A stretch of DNA of 64,000 nt, taken from positions 44,206 to 108,205 of the IMG/VR virus record IMGVR_UViG_3300044972_000601. One strand, written 5' to 3'. The stretch is from a virus. Numbering within the stretch: position 1 is the stretch's first letter; each line of letters starts with the position of its first letter. Under the pieces are notes generated by a model. It searched no databases. It worked only from the letters and a program-made list of their open reading frames with translations, and had not been told where the DNA came from. Of this stretch, positions 58,731 to 64,000 are shown in pieces. A program made the position numbers and the translations under genes.

Positions 58731-58951
58731 TCAGTTCTTCCTCGGACGAAATTCAGGCGGATTTAAACAGACTGGATCAAGAGACTAAACAATTTAAAGA
58801 AGAATTGTTTAGGATTTGTTGGTACATGCGTGGAGGAGTTACAGTAAACGATTTACTGTATCTCTACAGCTACGAAGATAGGGAAGCTATCTACGTTATC
58901 ATAAAAGAAAATATAAAAGCAACCAAAGAAACTCAAATGCCGTTACTGTGA
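58709..58951 (+). CDS. Small gp51-like hub ORF in -1 frame, probably reached by frameshift; absent from ORF track
   Basis: Open frame KFFRQRLISSSSDEIQADLNRLDQETKQFKEELFRICWYMRGGVTVNDLLYLYSYEDREAIYVIIKENIKATKETQMPLL*, no ATG in its first half. Confidence 0.65.
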   Translation, partial: KFFRQRLISSSSDEIQADLNRLDQETKQFKEELFRICWYMRGGVTVNDLLYLYSYEDREAIYVIIKENIKATKETQMPLL

Positions 58952-60208
58952 TTGTATTTTTTTCTGATAGTCTTGACGAGATATCACTGCTTGAGTTTTG
59001 TTATTTTGATAAAATCCAGACTTTGTCTGTGTCCAATCGCCAGGATTAAATTTTTCGTCGGACGGTGTGTTTGCGCTGGGTGAACTGGCTGGAGCAGATG
59101 GAGCAACAGCAGGAGTAGGCGCAACCGCAGGCGGCGTTGATGTGCCTAACGATTTTTTACTTCCTGGCACAGCACTTGGCAATGGTTTGGCTCCAACTTT
59201 TGACAATCCAGTGTTTATATCAACTCCGTATTTTTCAATTAAATCTTCATAGGCCAAAATAAGTGCTTGTTCAAGAGGGCCAACAAGGCCAGCGGCAACA
59301 CCAGCTGTTTTGCCAACTACATAAAATGCATCATCAACTATCAACCATTTAATTGCATCCAGCGGACGTAGAGATTCTTTTTTCCCGTCACTGTTGATGT
59401 CTGCATTCATGATAGGTATATCAGAATTTAAAAAAGCCAAATATCCTGCCAACACAGACTTGGCACCGTAACTGGCAAACTGTCCAAGTGCATTGAGTCC
59501 AGCAGCTACTTTTTTAAAACCAATAAGAGTCAGTGCTCCGTTTCTCAGCAGGTTTAATACTTTAAATACAGCAAGCGCACCGCCCAGTAATAATGTAGGA
59601 GTCTGAAATGCCAATCTGCCAACTGCTATTTTCAAAGTTTCCCTGTGTGCTTCCTCAAAGTTCTCCTGCGTAATTGCCCCTGATTTAAGTCTATCTTCCC
59701 AATAACGCATCACAGGCATGTATCCATTCTTTGGATTATTAAATACTTCATCTACATTTGAAAAAATCTCATAGGCCAATAATGTATTGATAGCAGTTTT
59801 AACACCTGTTAGAAACAAAGATCCGCCTGTGTTACCAGTTTTTGCAGCATCAGCACCAACTTTTGCAGCGGCTGTGGAACGTTCGTGTGCTTTTTTAACA
59901 GCAGTATAGATCATATCCTGAATCCAAGCTTCGCCTTCAGCACCTTCTGATTTTTTAGCAGCCAGTAAACCAGAATCTATATACCGCTCTGCGTCTTTGA
60001 TGTTGGGTGCATGGTCAAGACCTCCGCTCTTCATCTTAGCGGCAATAATATCAGCCAACTCATCGGAAGCTTCTTCAAATGCTCTTTTATCAGCCGCTGA
60101 TATAAATTTACGAGGAACAGCTTTGGCACCACCCTTTAAAAGACCAAGCCATGAAAATGGATTAGCTTCAGTTAGATTGGATTCACAAATAATATCGTAG
60201 ACTTTCAT
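58943..60208 (-). CDS. Probable internal head (ejected) protein with hydrophobic segments
   Basis: Start at ATG 60208 (MKVYDIICESNLTEA, with gp21-type L/I-x-E sites) downstream of TATAAATA 60229-60236. Confidence 0.5.
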   Translation of the reverse strand: MKVYDIICESNLTEANPFSWLGLLKGGAKAVPRKFISAADKRAFEEASDELADIIAAKMKSGGLDHAPNIKDAERYIDSGLLAAKKSEGAEGEAWIQDMIYTAVKKAHERSTAAAKVGADAAKTGNTGGSLFLTGVKTAINTLLAYEIFSNVDEVFNNPKNGYMPVMRYWEDRLKSGAITQENFEEAHRETLKIAVGRLAFQTPTLLLGGALAVFKVLNLLRNGALTLIGFKKVAAGLNALGQFASYGAKSVLAGYLAFLNSDIPIMNADINSDGKKESLRPLDAIKWLIVDDAFYVVGKTAGVAAGLVGPLEQALILAYEDLIEKYGVDINTGLSKVGAKPLPSAVPGSKKSLGTSTPPAVAPTPAVAPSAPASSPSANTPSDEKFNPGDWTQTKSGFYQNNKTQAVISRQDYQKKIQSQ

Positions 60209-60239
60209 AGAGAACTGTTCATATGCTGTATTTATAACT

Positions 60240-60709
60240 ATATCAAGATGAACTACGTTCATCTGTTCTTCGCTATCGCTCGAACTTTTATACTTCGTAG
60301 AATACAATCAGTTACGGAGTAATTTTAATATTATCTAGATTGTGTAGTCACACTTAGCCCTGGCGGGCTAAAAATGAACATTATCTGAGTTGAGCAGTTC
60401 ACTTAGCGTTACAGCATTACAGTGGCGGTTGTCCGGTACCACGAGCTGAGTCTTAATTACAACGGCAGGTCTACACATATACGCTAACATACACATAGCC
60501 GCGGGTATTTCTCCCTCTTTTAGCCTTTTAAAAATACTTTTCTTATAAATCAAACGGGTTATATATAGGCATATCCCATCGTCGTCCTGTAAAGGATAGT
60601 GATTCACAACTCTGCTGCCAAGCAGAAATTCCATTACCTGAGATGCACGTAGACCAGGCAGTAAGGACACTTAACAACGCCAGTGCGGGCTTATTTGGCA
60701 GTAAATTGC
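60240..60709 (-). ncRNA. Candidate structured non-coding RNA / origin-like region
   Basis: Longest gap without a credible gene; multiple hairpins, one forming only on the minus strand via G.U pairs. Confidence 0.45.
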
Positions 60710-61144
60710 CTAGATTTGTTGAGCCTTGAGTATATGCGAGCCATGTACACGAACACTAATCTGCCCGTTATAATAGTCTTTTGATTCTAATACTTTGTGA
60801 TTGAATTGTTCTCTGGCCTCTATATAGGAGCATTCTGATTTACTTTTACAATAAAACAGTATCTCTCTACTGAAGTTTTCCTTGCCTAATTTTAATACAT
60901 CTGCGTGTAGTTCTAGATTTGAGCCATAATATTCTTGCCAGTCGCTGTCGACTTTGCTTCGAATTTTCTTTTTTTTCTTAGTGCCATTTTTTAACTTGAC
61001 TACTTTGTAAGTAGTTTTTGCAAATTTAGCTAGTTTTTTGCCTATGTATTTTCTTCCAGAGATGTTATTTGTTATCAAATACACAAACCCTACACAATCT
61101 TCGGGTAGAGTTTCTAGTAATATATTCTGATAGGTCCATGACAT
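60710..61144 (-). CDS. Stand-alone GIY-YIG-family nuclease (Seg-like catalytic domain)
   Basis: GFVYLITN..SGRKYIGKK, YYGS, F.REIL, E, YYN motifs. Confidence 0.8.
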   Translation of the reverse strand: MSWTYQNILLETLPEDCVGFVYLITNNISGRKYIGKKLAKFAKTTYKVVKLKNGTKKKKKIRSKVDSDWQEYYGSNLELHADVLKLGKENFSREILFYCKSKSECSYIEAREQFNHKVLESKDYYNGQISVRVHGSHILKAQQI

Positions 61145-61147
61145 GCT

Positions 61148-61402
61148 TTAGTTAGCATCATCTTCCTCGTTGCCTGTATGATCCTGATTTGCCTTGCGTT
61201 CTGCCTTGTCGGCGTCGATCCAATGTCGCCAATCTTGTATGTTTGCTCGTCGCTGCCTTGCTATAATTCTAAGTTCGGATAATAGTTGCCTAGTTTCCAA
61301 TCCTGCCTGTCGTGTGCCTTTATCAAGCCAACGTTGATTGGCTTTGTAATATTCTCTAAATACACGCATGAGTTCATCATGCGTTTCTTCATCTCGTTTC
61401 AT
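61148..61402 (-). CDS. Small basic helical protein, Hc1/histone-like
   Basis: KGTRQAG..TR..LSEL....R.RR..IQ pattern; co-transcribed with gp46. Confidence 0.4.
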   Translation of the reverse strand: MKRDEETHDELMRVFREYYKANQRWLDKGTRQAGLETRQLLSELRIIARQRRANIQDWRHWIDADKAERKANQDHTGNEEDDAN

Positions 61403-63177
61403 TCACTTACTTCAACATCATTTGCATAACTTGTGAATCCATTTTCTTTAATAACCTTGAGCACATTGTTTACACGACCGATAAGTTCGTCCTTGTGACT
61501 GATAAGGAAAATATTCTTCTTACGTTCACGGCTCATCTTTTTAAGAACAGCCAACGCACCTTCGACACCACTTGCATCAAGACCGTTATCAACCAACTCG
61601 TCCACAAACAACAAGTTAATCTGCTGATACAAACTTTCCCACACGTCACGGAACGCCCAAGACAATGACAAGATAAGTCTATTGCGTTCTCCACGGCTCA
61701 AGTTATCAAAGTCAAGATCCTGACCAAGCTGTGTAATCAACACAGTTAGGTCGTTCTGGAACAATACACTGTGCGGCAAGCCCATCTTGTCGAGATAGTA
61801 GGTAAGTCTGTTGTTTAGATACGCAAGATTCTGATCAATAATCTTTTTACGGATAAAACTATCCTTGCTTGTTAACAGTTTAAGCAAAAACTCTTGATGT
61901 TCTTTCAAACTAGTAAAAGAATTTACCTTATCCCATGTAATTTCTTGCATGGCTGTGTTGCGTAGTTCGTCAATTTGTTCTTGATACGGATCTGTTTCGC
62001 TTGCTTTAACAGTTAATTGTGTTTCAAGTGTTTTTAAATTATTTTGATGCTTGAGTGCTTGCTCAACTGTATCATAATACGTATCAGGTCTTGTGCTTAC
62101 ATCACCGATGTTTGCGATCTCTTTGGTAATCTTGGCCAGATCTGTTGTAACTTTATCCAAATACTTCTGAGCCTCTGCAAGATGCAGAGTAGCTTCCCCA
62201 GTCATGGACTCGTGTTTGTGGTCGTGAAGCTGTTGTTCACAAGCATGACAAGTTTTGTTTGCTAGACTTTCTAATTCTTTTGTATACTTTGTTAGACTTT
62301 TTTCAGCTTGTGTTAATGCACTTTCTAAAGTTGCACGTTCTTTATTCAAACTTTTTAACTGTGCAGTTTGCTCAATGTACAATTTTAACTGATTATGAGA
62401 TGCAAGTTCAGCTTCAATATCAACATTTTCCAATTCAATGATAGCCCGTGCCATCTTTTCAATGTCCACATCGTGTTGAGTATTCCATGCAGTTTGTCTT
62501 GTAAGCAAACTATCAACACTTAGCTGGATCTTTTCATTGGATTTCTTTGCTGCCTCTATATCAGCATTCTCTTGATAGATGTTATCTTTAGTAGTTTTAA
62601 CAAGTTCTTTAAGCAACTCTGCTTTTTCACTTAGCAACGTAATGCCCAACAACTGTTCAATAATAACACGCTGGTCATTTGCCCGCATGGACAAAAATGG
62701 TTCTGTATAAGTGTTTAGTGCTACAATATGTTTGAACATATCGTGACTCATGCCCAACAAATCGTCAAGGTCCTTTTGCGTTTCACGCATATCGCCTTGT
62801 GCGTCGTCAGTTTCTTCTGTTTCTTGTGCTTGATTGTTGACAAAGAACTGTAGCACATTAGGTTTACGACCACGTTCAATACGATAATCGATTCCGTTCT
62901 TTTCAAAACTCAGTGTAACCAACATTCCTTTATTATTAATCTTGTTAATGAGATTATCTTTTTTAATGTTAGTTAAGGCATTGCCGTAAAGTGCATAGCT
63001 TAATGCATTGACGATAGTAGTTTTGCCTGTGCCATTACGACTTCCGCTGTCATCCCCACCTTGATCCAAGTTTTCTCCAAGGACCAGTGTTAAATGTTCT
63101 TTATCAAAATTTACAGCTTGGGTTTGATTACCCACGCTCATGAAATTACGTACTGTTAAATCTTTAATTGTTATCAT
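61399..63177 (-). CDS. gp46: Recombination ATPase (T4 gp46/Rad50/SbcC)
   Basis: Walker A NGTGKTT, coiled coils with CHAC zinc hook, LSRGE signature, LLFVDE Walker B, ISH. Confidence 0.95.
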   Translation of the reverse strand: MITIKDLTVRNFMSVGNQTQAVNFDKEHLTLVLGENLDQGGDDSGSRNGTGKTTIVNALSYALYGNALTNIKKDNLINKINNKGMLVTLSFEKNGIDYRIERGRKPNVLQFFVNNQAQETEETDDAQGDMRETQKDLDDLLGMSHDMFKHIVALNTYTEPFLSMRANDQRVIIEQLLGITLLSEKAELLKELVKTTKDNIYQENADIEAAKKSNEKIQLSVDSLLTRQTAWNTQHDVDIEKMARAIIELENVDIEAELASHNQLKLYIEQTAQLKSLNKERATLESALTQAEKSLTKYTKELESLANKTCHACEQQLHDHKHESMTGEATLHLAEAQKYLDKVTTDLAKITKEIANIGDVSTRPDTYYDTVEQALKHQNNLKTLETQLTVKASETDPYQEQIDELRNTAMQEITWDKVNSFTSLKEHQEFLLKLLTSKDSFIRKKIIDQNLAYLNNRLTYYLDKMGLPHSVLFQNDLTVLITQLGQDLDFDNLSRGERNRLILSLSWAFRDVWESLYQQINLLFVDELVDNGLDASGVEGALAVLKKMSRERKKNIFLISHKDELIGRVNNVLKVIKENGFTSYANDVEVSE

Positions 63178-64000
63178 AGGCTATTATAAATTTCCAAAAG
63201 TGTATTTTTGTTAAACTGTTCTGAATCAATGCTAATAATTTGACTAGAAACAATCTGATCCACACTTTCAAATGATTGGATGTCAATGCTTGTATTGATT
63301 TCAAGATCCTTCTTTTCCGCAATCAACGTAAGTTCGCGAATATTGTAATCTGAAATAAACTTTTCTTTAATAAAACTTGCTTCTTCGTAGCTGATATCTA
63401 TGTCTAGTGTAACACGTAAATGTTGCTTGGGCAAGATAATTTTATCCGCATCGTCTATTAGCTGGCTGAGTTTTACTGTACGGAATGTGGGTTGATTATC
63501 CCAAGCATGATACACTGGTTTACCGCCCCATTCTAAAATCATCATACCGCGATCATCGTCCCATGCGTCTGCATAATTGTGTGGGAACGCATTGCCAATA
63601 TAAATCATGTTTTGACGTTGTTGTCGTTTATGAAAGTGTCCGCTAAACCCAAGTTCGTAGTTTTTAAAACTATCCAACTGAATTTCACCATGATCCGGCA
63701 TCTGAACCATGGCATTCATGAAGAAACTGGGCAATTCAAAGTGACCAAAGATATATTTGCCACCTTTCTTGCCTATGGTTTTCCATTCGTCTCCGACAAG
63801 CCACGGACATAAGGTGACGTCGCCAATAGTAGTAGGTTCGTGTACCACAGTAATTCCAGGAATATACTTTCCGAATTCGACGCTGTGAATATCCCGCTTG
63901 TCTTTGTAATAAAGATCATGATTACCAGGAAAGAAATAAAACTTATCAAAAGCCTGTCCCAGTTTCTCAAGGGCTCTAAGGCTGTAGTCCATAGTTGTAA
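63174..64000 (-). CDS. gp47: Recombination nuclease (T4 gp47/Mre11/SbcD), 5' end beyond window
   Basis: PGNHD, FGHFE, FSGHFH, YIGN metallophosphoesterase motifs; overlaps gp46 start. Confidence 0.92.
   Translation of the reverse strand, partial: TTMDYSLRALEKLGQAFDKFYFFPGNHDLYYKDKRDIHSVEFGKYIPGITVVHEPTTIGDVTLCPWLVGDEWKTIGKKGGKYIFGHFELPSFFMNAMVQMPDHGEIQLDSFKNYELGFSGHFHKRQQRQNMIYIGNAFPHNYADAWDDDRGMMILEWGGKPVYHAWDNQPTFRTVKLSQLIDDADKIILPKQHLRVTLDIDISYEEASFIKEKFISDYNIRELTLIAEKKDLEINTSIDIQSFESVDQIVSSQIISIDSEQFNKNTLLEIYNSL

Noticed and set aside
60209-60307. N-terminal extension of the 454-aa ORF
   Set aside because: Spans the late promoter and hairpins; ATG 60208 is more plausible
60368-60670. 100-aa minus-strand ORF in the gap after GIY-YIG
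   Set aside because: Non-ATG start, no RBS, no recognisable motif, overlaps hairpin-rich sequence; not fully excluded
60240-60709. Group I intron or tRNA in the gap
   Set aside because: No interrupted gene, no convincing P7 R/S elements, no cloverleaf or T-loop consensus

Overview
A 64-kb segment of a large T4-like (Tevenvirinae-style, probably jumbo) myophage genome, read in the standard code. It holds the virion morphogenesis core: tail sheath (cut by the window start), neck gp13/gp14, tail terminator gp15, capsid gp23, scaffold gp22, protease gp21, portal gp20, a tape-measure-like protein and a gp26/gp51-like hub pair. It also holds dNMP kinase, a NUDIX hydrolase, HNH and GIY-YIG nucleases and the gp46/gp47 (Rad50/Mre11) pair. 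T4-type late promoters (TAAATA core) precede most structural units. About 40 kb encode fibre/adhesin-like proteins. Four features stand out. (1) An enzyme island (GT9-like glycosyltransferase with an altered catalytic position, carbamoyltransferase, four 2OG-Fe(II) oxygenases, SGNH-like protein, degenerate GmhB-like phosphatase) lies between two 'paralog pair + chaperone' fibre-tip modules, one pair being about 9% Cys; this is a candidate virion protein-decoration system. (2) A ~470-nt structured, apparently non-coding region follows the GIY-YIG gene. (3) A probable -1 programmed frameshift joins the gp26-like and gp51-like ORFs. (4) Several genes look like leaderless late transcripts. Product calls come from motif recognition and synteny only; no database searches were run.
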